This document shows positions 12,801 to 25,369 of a stretch of DNA of 38,641 nt, piece by piece; positions within the stretch are counted from its first letter, which is position 1, and every line of letters starts with the position of its first letter. The notes under the pieces were generated by a model. That model did no database searches. It worked only from the letters and a program-made list of their open reading frames with translations, and had not been told where the DNA came from. Origin of the DNA: Paraglomus brasilianum (taxonomy: Eukaryota); contig CAJVPI010000254.1 of NCBI GenBank assembly GCA_910592345.1, positions 1-38,641 of the forward strand, written 5' to 3'. The position numbers were made by a program, and so were the translations under genes.

Positions 12801-15787
12801 AGGACTGATATACTCTGCCGACTTTACATGCAAACACATGTGGGAACCGCGAAAATTGTCTCTAATTTATGGTCCGATTAGTCTTAACACAATACACATG
12901 AATTGGCACAAGTGTTGAAATTAATGTCTCCGAAACGGAAATTGACCGTATATCCATGTTGACTTATTAGCTAGAGATGAAGTTAGTGATAAAATTTCAA
13001 TGATCAAAAACACTTGTTGAGTAATAAAGACTCAGATCATAATATTTCGCGGATTAAGTTGGGCATATAATATAATTCGCAAATATCATTTAATTATTGT
13101 GTTTTTAGAAAAATCTGTTAGTATTTGCTATTGTAAGATAGGCTTCTCTATTGAGGGAAAGAGAGAGAGAGAACATGCTTTGGTTGCAATAAGACGTTGG
13201 AAATTAAATACGCTTAATAAGATATGGTTATGTAAATTCAATGTTATATTGACATTATTAATGTCCAATGCAAGACAGGCCATATATGACTGAACTCTAC
13301 CATGGAGCACTTAATAATTTCTTGGCTTACATAAATAGTTCTACATTTTGAAGTTATGAACGTAATTGTAAATGTCATTTATTATTAACTCGCAGCAAAA
13401 CTAGTTCTTTTATTTTGATGTGACCTCATCTCGTAATTATTCTCATTGGGTGCAAATATTAAATGCAGGGGAGTGCTCGTGCAACTGGGGGCCTCAATTG
13501 CAGAGGAAGTTATAAAGATGTTATAGTTGTTTGTCGTGCCAATACATTAATCAATATGATTGGATACTGAGTGTACTAACAGTAAAAATAATGTGCTTTG
13601 TAGTAGGAAGAACTAATTTTGATCCAGAACTATGAATAAGAAGATTACTTTAAAGAGGTGTTTTTTTTTAAAATTGTCGTGTCTTGTTTTATTTATGTGG
13701 TATGCTTGTTGTTCAATATCGAGAGGGCAGCTGTCTATTGTCACACCAACAGAACATCTATGTGTAATATATAATAATAATCCAGATTTTCTTTTTTAAT
13801 CTCATCAACTATACGATCAAATCTTTACATACTGGTACCTGTTGCTGTGCGAATTAGTTCTGGTCAACTAACTGGGCTGACTGACCCGAGAACGTTATTT
13901 GATCTCTAACTAAACAGTTGCTAGATTGTAAAGCGATCTTTTGACAATATAGTAACGAGTTGATTGTCTATATTTAGATTAGTCTCGGTCACTGAGTAAC
14001 ATCTTATTGCCATTTTAGCTGATCATTACAGTGCAAAGCCATCCAATTGACTCAAGAAGTTACCACATGTGTTGAGGCGAAGTCCTTCAGATGCGACAAC
14101 GAGTTAAACCCGGAATCGCATTGGAGTGCGGAAAAGTGAAAAATCTACAGGGTTATCGAGCAGATAGTACGGGCGCGTAAATTAAATAACGGTCACTCGA
14201 TTTAAACTCAAAGTACTGTCTGTGATAAGGGCAGGAAGTAGTACAAGATAATCGATGTTAATTCACAAAAAAGGCGTCACCCGCCTCCAGAAATTGCGGA
14301 TTGTAGCACGTGCATGCAACTCTGATTCTGAGTAAGATTCAGCTGAGACTGTTCGGTTTGTTAGTTATTCATTAGGAAACAGTTAATAAACTGCGAGCGT
14401 TTATTATTTATAAGCTAGAATCTTTTATTGAATACTTGCTACAATACTTGTTGTCATATTTAGTGCAAACTCAAGCCATGGTGGTTGATGTTACCAGAAA
14501 CTGCGTTAATGCTCGCTTGATTGCTATATCTCGCCTTTTTGGTAACAATATTTTGTCTCAAAAGCCTCGCCATTATTTAGCTTGATTGGTCTGCTCGATT
14601 TTAGAGGTGTGCAATAGACCTGACGTAAATTAACTCTAGATTTATACAACAGTATATAGCTAATATTAACAAAGCACAAGAGCAAATAATTGTACCATGA
14701 CAAGAACCAAGGCCAACTAAAAAAAAAACAAACTGAATTGATGGAAGCATAACTTCTCCCTAGAAAGGTAGCGAGAACTTGAATGAGACTTGATAAAAAA
14801 TTAAACAATTGGCGACACTTTGAAAGAATTAGAGAAGCTTGCAAGAATGCCGACTTCAACATACAGCATCTCAAGATTAGAAGTAACAATTACTTGCTTC
14901 GACTGCCCTAAATTAAAGAATTAGCGAAAAGATTGAAATCGAGCTAAAGAGAATTATGCAATGAAGAATGCTCAACATTGAGGGTCTTGAAATTTTGGCT
15001 TAATCGACTGGGAAAAGCGAATAAAGTCGAACTGGTCTGTGAGTCTAATCTATTAATATTAACAACTGTCCCTCTTGACTATTAAACACATTGCGACCCC
15101 AAAAATCCTTTCTCGGGTGCGTATGTTATTGGTTTTTTGGGTACGGCGTTTTGATTAATTAATTAATTAAATTTGTGTTTGTATGATTATTAATATTGTG
15201 ATATGTGAAAGTGTGGGCGTCTGGAAATTTATAAAGTAGAAAAGCATGTGGCTTCAAGATTAGCCCATGCTTGGGCATTTGTTACGTGGCGAATTTGTCT
15301 CTAGTCTTGTCAACGCCTCTCGATTTATTTTTGCAAAGAGCATAGTGATAGAAAAACACAATCGTCGGAGATTATTACAGATCATCATTATTTATTATTA
15401 TGTTTTATAATTAATTAACGATGACCAATAAGAATAAAAAGCCCATGCTACGCCCATAATTCTGTGTCAATGTCGGTTTTACGAACAAAAAACCGGTTTC
15501 TCGGAAAATCGATAAAGAACAAAGCTATCGGTATTTCGAAGTTTACCGTGATAATGTGATGAGCCCCAAATGTAATTGTGCATATTGCTTATTACTCACA
15601 GTAGTACAATTGTGACGGCCCCTGAATTTGCTAGTTTTCACTTTATCGAATGTATTTGCCATAATAATATTTGTGGAAGATTCCGCGAATTGCATAAGAA
15701 CACCTTATGGTCAGTATTTGAAAACGTAACGTCTCAGCATATTCAAAAAAGCGATACCACCTTAAAAGATATGAAGGCGCAAATAAA

Positions 15788-17312
15788 ATGAATAACAACA
15801 ATAAAGTAACTGAATACTTGACAACCTCTTCGCCAACAACACCTCCATCCTTTCTTGTACTATACTGGACAACCATGTATTCCTTTCTCATAAATAGCTT
15901 TCGTAAAGTAACCGAGCAATTACAGAACCTGGCCTCTAGCAGCTACACACCATATATCTTGTCACAGACACAGTTATCGGCTGAAAATGGTGATGCTAGC
16001 AATAGCAATACTGCCTATGCTAACGTTAATAACGGCGAAAACGATAGGCGGGCATATGTTGTTGCTTCTCCAACAACACCGCGCCGATCTCCTAGGTTCA
16101 GGTCAAGGAGACAAGATCAACAGATTTCGTCCTCTTCAACAGTAACCCATGTTTCCAAACACTCTTCGACTCGTGCGAAAGGTCAACATAAACAGGCCAC
16201 TTTAGCTTCCTCCATACCCAGCACGTCGTTTTCAGCATTCGTAAAAACCAAGACATTAATCCTGGACTTGGACGAAACCTTGATACATTCCACAATGAGA
16301 GGTTCGCCAGCAAACGCGCATATGCTTGAGGTCATGGTTGACAGCCATGCATGTCTCTATTACGTTTATAAACGACCCCATGTGGACTATTTCTTGATGA
16401 AAGTAAGTATTTTATATGGGAATTTAATCTGTTTGTAGAAATAACTTTGTAGAGTATGAATCCGCGCAGTTATCTCCCACAATTTGTTCTGTAATCGAGT
16501 AGAATATTGAGAAGATGATCGTCTTTCTTCCGAGTGATCTCTAAAATTTAACAAGTATTTGTTCGCAATTCCTTGCCACGAACACAATCTTTTACTGATA
16601 TAACACTCGTTTCGGAAAACTTATCAATATATTTTATCGTTTTTATTAATTTAGGTCGCTGAATGGTACAAGGTAGTAATCTTTACTGCCTCTATGCCGG
16701 AATACGCAGATCCAGTGATCGATTGGTTGGATCCAGACAAGAACTTAATTACAAAGCGTTTTTTCCGTCAGGTTAGAAATGATTTACTCATCAATATTTT
16801 GAGTTACACGGCTACACTAGAACTATTAGCAGCACATATTTCAACTGGTTAAGTTTCCTTGTGCAAAGATTTTCGCTATCTACTTGCGATGGGACTGGCC
16901 AAGGCCGTTGATCTATACCGCTATCAGTTCGTAGACACAAAATAGATTTATTAACTCGAAAAAAAAACCCCACGTCTTTATTAAAGTCTTGCATACAACG
17001 GAATGGAGCATACGTGAAAGATTTGACTTTGGTCGAGAATGATCTTTCGAAAGTGTGTCTTGTTGATAACAGTTCGATATCTTATTCACTGCATCAAGGT
17101 AACTACTTTAATCATTGATTAGCTTTGCCATCGTTGCTATTATTCGAAAGTTATCTAAGATCTTTTGTTATTTGGTAGAAAACGGTATACCGATTGAAGG
17201 CTGGGTAAGTGACCCAAACGATGAAGCCCTTTTAGATTTACTCCCGTTCTTGGACGCTCTCCGGTTTACGGAAGATGTTAGATCTGTTCTTTCGCTTGCA
17301 ACATACATATAA
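15788..17312 (+). CDS. NEM1: Nem1/CTDNEP1 (Dullard-like) HAD phosphatase, ~325 aa, 4 exons
   Basis: Exons 15788-16402, 16655-16771, 16987-17098, 17179-17312. Motifs [54 protein letters not shown] and the Nem1-type [35 protein letters not shown]. The start codon could be a downstream ATG. Confidence 0.92.
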
Positions 17313-18369
17313 TAGCGAAGGAATCAACCCAAACAAGGCTTTCTTGTCTGATCACACAGCACTTATATTACTAACTGCACCAATATGGATGAATGTTACA
17401 TTATCTCATAATTGCGGGAGAAGAATAACTTTCGGCGCCGGTGTCACGATTCCTACAGTTATTCTAGTTTGACCCGCGATAACCTACCAGTATTTTGTTA
17501 TTGACTGGCCTTTGGACCCTTAGAGCTGTCACCATGCAAACTGATCTTTGGGGTTTATTTCATGTGGTTATGAAGGACAATGATACATAGAATTGAACTT
17601 TGCTAGGTAAATACGGAAGACGGTTGATTTATTCAAAGCCTTGTATGATCGCTTTTTACAAGCGACGAGGAGGTGCAGACAGCAATGGATGCTCCCATGG
17701 TCTCTCGAGAACAAGCTTGCGAACGTACATTGGCGATCGGTGGACGTTAGATATTTCAAAAAGGATTGGGTTTCGCATGAACTCGATGCTTATGTTAACA
17801 GAATTGATATAAGTTTCAAGAGTTTAGACATTAAATCTTTTGATTATTTGATCAGCAATGAACTTGGTTGATGTCTGGAGATGATCGTTTCTATCTGTTA
17901 ATAATCATTTCGGGACTCGCAAAAACAAAACAAAAAATTTAAATTTTTTTCTCTTGATGTGGGTCGGTATCACAGTAAAACGAGGACCGACCATGCTTTG
18001 AACAGTTTTTTTGTCAGAGGGAGGATTCATGATGAATGTAAGTCTAATGATCAGAAGAATAAACGCAGTGTTGGTGTGTGTCGCAAGGAATATGTGTCCT
18101 TCGAGAATGACATTGTTGTATCTTTTTACCTGATTCCTGACAATTTGATTCATGGACATAATAATAACGATTAATTACAGCTATAAATCACAATGCAATT
18201 CGTGTTGTTCTTTAAATTAATAGAAAATCATGGGGTTTATTTACATTATTTCAACCACTCAAAAATTACGCATTTAATGCGAGTAAGTCCCTATTCTAGT
18301 ATGCTTTGAGCATTTATCTCCAAAAATTTGTCAATTACGGTTAGACTATATTACAATTAATTAATACAT

Positions 18370-21300
18370 TCAACAATCCGTGAGACGATACATTGTTGTT
18401 CTGAATATTGTCCTGAATATTGTCCTTGGAAGTAAGAACATTGATCTAATCGATTTGAAACAATGAACTGCAAACCAAACAATGATCATTACACCTAAAT
18501 AATGCATCACGTGTGAGTTATTGGAATAGAAAATAACCGATTTAGTATGCAGACTTACCCGCTAGTACATAAGACAGCATTATATAAAATATGTCCCATA
18601 ATATTGACTTGGAATTTAATAATTGTATTTCATCCTCGAGAACCTTCAGCTATACACAAACATTAAATGGTTAGTAAATAAAATGTACTGCCCAGCAATA
18701 TTATAGCAATCTTAACGAAACTAGTCATACAAAAACATATAAATAATTGTTGTACATACAGCATAAAGGTAGTCCTCAGTATCACGATTGACATGGCTAG
18801 CATCCAACATTTCGTCAATCTGTGCTGATGTTTTTTCCGCTTCACTCAGCAGCCTACATCACGACAAACACACCTATTTATCTGGCATTTAGCTGTACAA
18901 GTAATAAAGATAAACCATAATATTTACCTTTGATCTCGTAACATCATGTCGTCCAAATTTCGTTCAATTTTTTTCAACTCTGTATCCAACTCTTGCACCC
19001 TATTTTCAACCTCAGCTTTCCAATAACGCGAATTACTGTCATGACCCAACATTGAACCGAGGAATAAACGATCGGTGTCGTCGTCTGAGAAAATTATATT
19101 GGTGATAATGTCTGTTTCATCTATTATTGTATGCTAGAAGAGAGTGTGTTACATATGCATCACTAGAACATTGGCACAACATAAATGTCAAATTATAACA
19201 TTATACCTCCGCTTCTACAGTGGCTGGATTAGTCTTTGCAGCTTCTTGAATTTTACGCTCTTCCTCATACATTTTCAGTATATTCTTAGCCTTATCTACC
19301 TTTTCATTCGGGGGTTGTAAATCATCAATAGTCGGTGTTCTAATTGTGGAAAAGAAAATAAATAAATAAATCATATAAAAAACGCATACTTCTAAAAAAA
19401 GTCATTTCATACTAACTTTTTGTCTTCTTGTATCATATCGTCAACAAGCATCACATCTAATCTGATAGGAATATCTAGAAAAATCAGACATGTAAATATG
19501 TATCAATAGTACAGGATGAATAGTCATCCCCCGTTTATATCCCCAAATTTCGTAAAAACAAATGGCCTTATAAGAACAAATGTTCCTTGCATCCACCCCG
19601 CTTATATCCTCTAAACGAAAAGGGGTGACATAAACGGGGTATGACGGTTTTTTATTTTTACTCAATAACTTACTGTTATGCCATATCAATTTATGGAAAC
19701 GAAAATAGCCTTTCAATCCGACATCCAACTCAACTACATGAATAGAAATTCTATTAACTAAAAGTTTGCCAACATATGATACCACCGAACGACCGTTCAT
19801 ACCAAACCGTCCTCCTTCTGCATTTCTTGCTACTAATCCGCGTTCCTGAAATTCTGTTACTGTACTCTCAAGATCAGGAGGAAGTCTATCTAAATCAACA
19901 AGCACAGTTTCTCCTGTCAACCTAGGTCTGCCCAATTCTTCCTCGTCCGAATCATCAAGTTCACCTAGAAACAAAACATGATGAATTCACAGCCAATCCA
20001 TTGTAATTGCATGGGTTTATCATAACGAATCTTAGCAACAAGACACACCTTCCGAATCAGGACGCATATAATTCTTCTTATCATCTTCATTGACACGACT
20101 TTCATTAGTGGTTTCGACGTTCCCTAGATTCCCTTTATTTGTCTTTTTCTTCGATAGCAATGATTTGTCAACCCAACGTATACATCACTTGACAATAACA
20201 AACAGGTATAGCTCACCCTCATTATATCCAAGGAATTTCTTCTACTTGATAACGCCGACAGGTCACTGCCTGATTCGTGCTGTTCACTGACGTTTTCCAT
20301 CTCGTCTTCACCAATCGACTGAACATGTTCTCTCTCTGAAATCGATGTACCAACAGAGTGTCTTCCTGTGTCTTCACTTCCAGTATAGCCATCCGACAAT
20401 CGGACATCGCTGGGCGTAGACGGCGTTGAGCTCGCCTTATCCAACATTAAAGTAACATAATCTATTGATTGTCGGCGAGTATCTTCAAATGATGATCGAC
20501 CAGAAACAAGAGATGATTCCGACGATGGGAGAGATTTCAGTGATCTGGAAATCACATTTACTTCCTCGGACCCTGTTCCTGGCACTGATTCTTGAGGTTC
20601 GATCTGTGCCAAGTGCGCAGCGTTCGCTTCGACCTTTGAGTCGCGTTTGCGATTCTTGTCTTTTCGTTTGAACGGGTTCAACGACCACCGCTTCTTCTTA
20701 GATCCTTCTTTCTTTGATGCTGATGGCAATAGTACACTCGATGCACTTAGAGATCGAGAAAGTGCCCGGCCGTCGTGTGACGCAGATGCGTCATCATTTT
20801 GAACAGGCATTGTTTTGGACGACGGTAAGTATGATCCGATATCCGGAGGTGGATTGAATATTTGAGAAAGCCGAGGTTCACCCCCTCGTATGCGCTCCGT
20901 CTCAACGAATATCTCCGGAACAGATTCGGAACGACTTGGTAAATTGTCAGTTTTGATAATAGTAGAGTCATGACTAGACTTTTGTTGTTCATAATAATTC
21001 AATATGTCTGTCGGTGTAACCTCCCAAATAGAAATAAAGTGCCGTCGTGGCGGTTGGAGATTCTGTTTAGTTCGATTCAATGATTGCCGACTTCCCCCAG
21101 AACCTATTCCAAGATATTTTTCGTTGAGTATATTCTCGTTACTATTACGAGGCTTTTCTATTTGTTTTTTCCGTATTACTTGTAGCGGATTGTAAACTTC
21201 AATATCATTCGTTATCTGTTCCATAGCGTGATATTTTGTCTCGAAATATTGTTTGCAAGAACGTGAATGAGAAAGAGTGCGTTCTGAAAGGTAAGAAAGC

Positions 21301-22243
21301 CCATCATCTTCAAATTTTAACAAAGCGTTAGTATTGTTAACAAAGGAGACTGATAATCAAAACACATTCCTCTGGACTCTTGATGCCAAATAACTCTTGC
21401 CCTTTTGAGAGAATGCTAAAAATAGTGCTTCGGCTAGATTTGCTCTTTTCAGCCTCCCTCCATCCTATGAAAATCTCGCCTTACCATCTCCCGCCTCGGG
21501 GTTTCTTGCAACTTCCACGGCACTACCACGCAATTTCTGATCCATTAATTTCTGCGTATCTTGCGCCAACATTTCGGCCTCTTCGTCCAATTCTTCGTCT
21601 TTTACGTTAGCAAATAAATCCGCAATAGATTCTTTGCAGTTTTAAATATTCTGTCATTAATTAAATGCGCGAATCTATCTCCCTCTTCCTTTCTAAGAAA
21701 AACTAACAAGACGATACCTTTGCCAGAATCTTCATCGATTAATTTAGCAAATCCTTTACCAGCATTCTCTATGCGTTCTCTATGCAGATCACGTTCAATC
21801 ATGTCGCTACGAGACAAATTTTGATCATGAAATGTACTACTACGTGAAGGCGAAGCGTAACGAAGGAAGGCAAACTCGTCGTCTTGTCGTAAGCCTATAT
21901 CGTGCACAGAATGCCGTGCATTCGTCGGTTTGGTGGTAATCGCAGCTACTCGCCGCCGAGGAGTAGAAAATGTAGAAAAGGCATCGGCCTTGTCTCTCGG
22001 TCGACCTAATGTTGGATTAACGGAAGGGTTTTGGATAGGCTCTGAGCCGTAGATCGATAGTGGGCTTTGAATTGCAGGCTGGGCATTTGTCCAAGACGAT
22101 GAACCAGAGTCTTGAGTAGTAGCATTAGTTTCAGCTTGGTCATTAACGGAGACAGGTTCAAGGTATGGTAAATCTCCAGGTTTCATTTTCTGATTGGAAG
22201 GATCTTTTCCTTCAGCTGGTGTGTGGTCTATATCATAGCCCAT
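18370..22243 (-). CDS. Mtc4-like (maintenance of telomere capping 4) protein, ~930 aa, 12 exons
   Basis: Exons 22243-21718, 21631-21485, 21307-20217, 20148-20049, 19964-19803, 19733-19674, 19474-19417, 19339-19207, 19133-18928, 18853-18760, 18649-18559, 18494-18370 join in frame. YNPLQVIR motif, a downstream WEV, a low-complexity middle, a coiled coil and a C-terminal TM segment (ILWDIFYIMLSYVLAGVMIIVWFAV) match my recollection of the Mtc4 family. The gene is clear; the family name and exons 5-7 are less certain. Confidence 0.7.
19521..19648. mobile_element. ~125-bp MITE-like inverted repeat inside an intron
   Basis: GTCATCCCCCGTTTATATCCCC (from 19523) versus the reverse complement of 19622-19645, GTCATACCCCGTTTATGTCACCCC, plus an internal copy CCCCGCTTATATCC. 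Confidence 0.6.
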
Positions 22244-22856
22244 TCTGTAGAGGGAATGAGGTAAGAATGATGTATCCAGGCTGTTGGTAAACAGTGTATT
22301 ACGTTGTCGATTTCCACGTGCATGTTAAATAATTGAAACATCATTCGATATTCGTTGCATAACCACCAAACCAAATATTGCTGATCAACCAATAATTTAG
22401 TATTTGCCCAGGCCATGCAGAAATCGCACGATAAATAAGAAAGGAAAAGAAAACCCCAACTAAACCAAAACCAGATATTTCGATATTATCGTAATAACCG
22501 ACAGTATTACCTTTATTTGGTCGTTTATTCTCTAATCCTGTTTTATAGATATTTGACCAATGAATTTTTGTATAAATAAAAGCATTTTGTTTGACGTTTG
22601 TAACTCGAATCATTACTGATTTAATGTCATGACGTCAGACTTTTGATCACAATCATTATGACAAAGTCAAAATGATTACTCCTTATTTTATACTATTTAC
22701 GCTTCTATTGCTATGTTTATCTGGTAACTTAAGCGCATAACTCCAAGGAATAGGCTGATATATAGATGTGTGTATTCAGAATATACTGTTAATAACTTCA
22801 AGTGGCTTTTTGATATTATCACAAATCATCGAATTGCGGAATCGAAGGGTTATATA

Positions 22857-23265
22857 CAGTGCAGTACAAAAGTAATGAGAATTTTTTTTGTGCATACAAT
22901 AAAATTATATTTGTCAAACCAATCTTACTCCAATTAAAAGATAGTAATAGTTTTGTAGAATAAATTTTAAATGAAATTATGCTTTCTAACTTTGGATAAT
23001 TATTCTACTAAGGCAATTTCGGTCTAAGTTTTCAAAGTGCTAGACTGGCTCTCTAAAAGTCCCAGATCTCAATCCAATCGAAAGTGTATGGAAATATGAA
23101 AAGAAGAATTGAACAGAAGGTAAATAAATGCTCTGTTCAAACATTTTACAAAGAAAAATGTGAATTAATTAGTAAATCACTTCGACTACTTAATTTAAAT
23201 TAATAACATGCTTAGACATATTGATGATCTGATTACTGGATAAGGAAACAATATCAAAGCTAAAT
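22857..23265 (+). mobile_element. Tc1 deletion derivative (left TIR plus DDE C-terminal remnant)
   Basis: TA|CAGTGCAGTACAAAAGTAATGAG. Frameshifted VLDWLSKS/PDLNPIESVW matches the Tc1 WPxxSPDLNPIENxW signature; LINNMLRHIDDLI follows. Confidence 0.85.
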
Positions 23266-23879
23266 TTTATACCCACATATATTACAGAGACAGAAGTTAG
23301 CTGTGGCTGGACTGGCCCAGCTGATATGGTCGCCGAAATGGTTTATGGCTGACTCAGGCTAAACTTTACCATATGGGGGGCATGCTGCAACAAAACCAGA
23401 TAAAGTAAACATTTTATTATGTGACATAATGGTGTGGCTGAATTTTTCTAATGAAAATTTTGATTACTCACAGCTGTAATAGTAACTTATTATTATACAC
23501 ATATTTATTATCGTGCCAGTTGGCTAAGATGAATATGAAGTCATATGATTAATATAGGATTATTATTATGTCTATATAAAAATATAATATAAAACTAATT
23601 TACATCAAATCCACCATAAAACCAAAGAATGACAGCACAATTATAAGCATTCTAAAAGAGCTCAAGGAGAAAAAATTGCTCCATACGTTTTTAAAATCAA
23701 TGATACTCAAATACTCCAGAAATGTCTGGATAAAGAAAAAATTACTTATGAGATTACCAAGAACAACGAAAAATAAAAACCCAATAAACGAGCATTAACA
23801 CAAACTTATGATGAAACAAGAAAGAAACAAAAACTTGAAGAAAGCAAATTTAACATAAAAGTTGCCGCCAAGGCCTCTA

Positions 23880-24223
23880 TTGATCGAGTGAACTATCACT
23901 AAGAGATCATTTCTTATAGTCGTCGGATTGTTGTTGATAAAGACTACTTGAGCGCATCCGTTGAGTTTTGATTCGCATTGTACAATTGCAACCAAAGAGT
24001 CAAAATTACACAACAAATTTTGTAAGAGCAATTTTAATATCTTTAATACATGGGAGAAAATACTCGGTTCCCAAAGCCATTTATGAGTATAACTATTCTT
24101 TGGACATTCTGGTACTTCGTTATCTTCTTTAATATTATTAATAACAATATTATTATTACTATCATCTATTTCTTTATTTTTATTTTCTACTTCTGAGTGG
24201 TTTCTTTTCTTGAATTGCCTCAA
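23880..24223 (-). pseudogene. Possible BED-finger-like remnant (hAT-type transposase N-terminus)
   Basis: KWLW...QCESKLNGCAQVVFINNNPTTIRNDLLVIVHS resembles a zf-BED W..C..C..(H)L...H pattern with one ligand lost. Confidence 0.35.
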
Positions 24224-24665
24224 TAGTCTTTTTCCGCGGAGTTGTTCTTAGAAGATAAAAATTTCGTATTATGGAAGCTGCAACAGCTTTCCTTTAAGTA
24301 ATTTATAAATTTCGAATGCCATTTTGTTAAATGAAATTTGCGTATGATTGTCTCAAATCGTTCCACAACATTTCGATATCTGGCGAATAAATTTTGTTCG
24401 CTGATGATTTTGTTATTGATAATTTTCTGGACTTCATAGTCTTAGTTAATATTCCCATATTGTGGAGTTGGCTATTACAATTAGCAACAAGCCAAGAACG
24501 AAGTCGATAAATCCAAAAAAAAATTCGCCAGGCCAGTAGATGCCCCTCTTGGGAGAGTCTCAATATCAGCGCATTGCACAAACTGCCTTCACAACAGACC
24601 CTTGTAATTAAAGAGTATAAAAGGCTTCAACGTGTTGCAGAACAGACACAAGCAATTAACACTAA

Positions 24666-25134
24666 CGAGTTTGTAACCCGTCGCTTCGCTGACGGTCCAA
24701 CTGTATACGTGTAGTGTGTACCCGTCAACAATGCGTAATTTACGACGGAAATAACTATTAAGCACTATAATCATTCCTCATATATTATATAAAAACATAT
24801 AACTTTATTATATATCAGATATTTGTTGTAATGCTCAGGTCTACGTAAAAACAGTCTACATCTTTGTAACACCTCTGGATATGCGTACATCCCGGGGCCT
24901 GTTATTAGAATCTTAAGGCTTTGTCTAGACATAGTCCTAAAGCAAGCACATAAAGTTGGCCATGAGAAAATACTGGAGTCGGCAAATAAACTCCTACGTA
25001 ATTTAAAGTTTCCTTGTGCCTTATTGATGGTCATGGCGTTTAAGTACAAAGGCAAAATCGCATTGGACGAAATTCGAAGAAAGGCACGTGATCCAGAAAA
25101 AATCTTATGTATGCAATGGTGCAGAAACCCAATT

Positions 25135-25173
<39 letters not shown>
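24666..25173 (-). mobile_element. Non-autonomous Helitron, 508 bp
   Basis: Minus strand: A|TC(TA)n 5' end at 25173; Pif1-type helicase remnant AMTINKAQG/TLNYVGVYLPTPVFSHGQLYV...LKILI...YPEVL; hairpin CCGTC-AGCGAAGC-GACGG, then CTCG|T at 24666. Inserted between A and T with no TSD. Confidence 0.88.
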
Positions 25174-25192
25174 TGCTAATATAAAATAAATA

Positions 25193-25369
25193 GGGTCCGT
25201 ATTATTTCATCGACAATCATTTCACCGACAGTACATTTCACCGACAATTAACTACTAAAAAAGGATTCGAAATAATGTTTGTAATATTTGTCAGTGAAAT
25301 GATTGTCGGTGAAATGATTGTCGTGAAAGGATTGTCGTGAAATGATTGTCGATGAAATGATTGCCTCCC
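25193..25369. mobile_element. Mutator-like foldback MITE
   Basis: GGG...CCC termini, arms built of inverted ~15-bp tandem units (CATTTCACCGACAAT / ATTGTCGGTGAAATG), and an exact 9-bp TSD AAATAAATA at 25184-25192 and 25370-25378. Confidence 0.85.

Noticed and set aside
14524..15050. 121-aa minus ORF and plus-strand coiled-coil-like fragments
   Set aside because: No recognisable domain and multiple stops on the plus strand; cannot be supported.
17530..18180. Short overlapping ORFs between NEM1 and the Mtc4-like gene
   Set aside because: No recognisable motifs or consistent splice model; likely UTR or intergenic.
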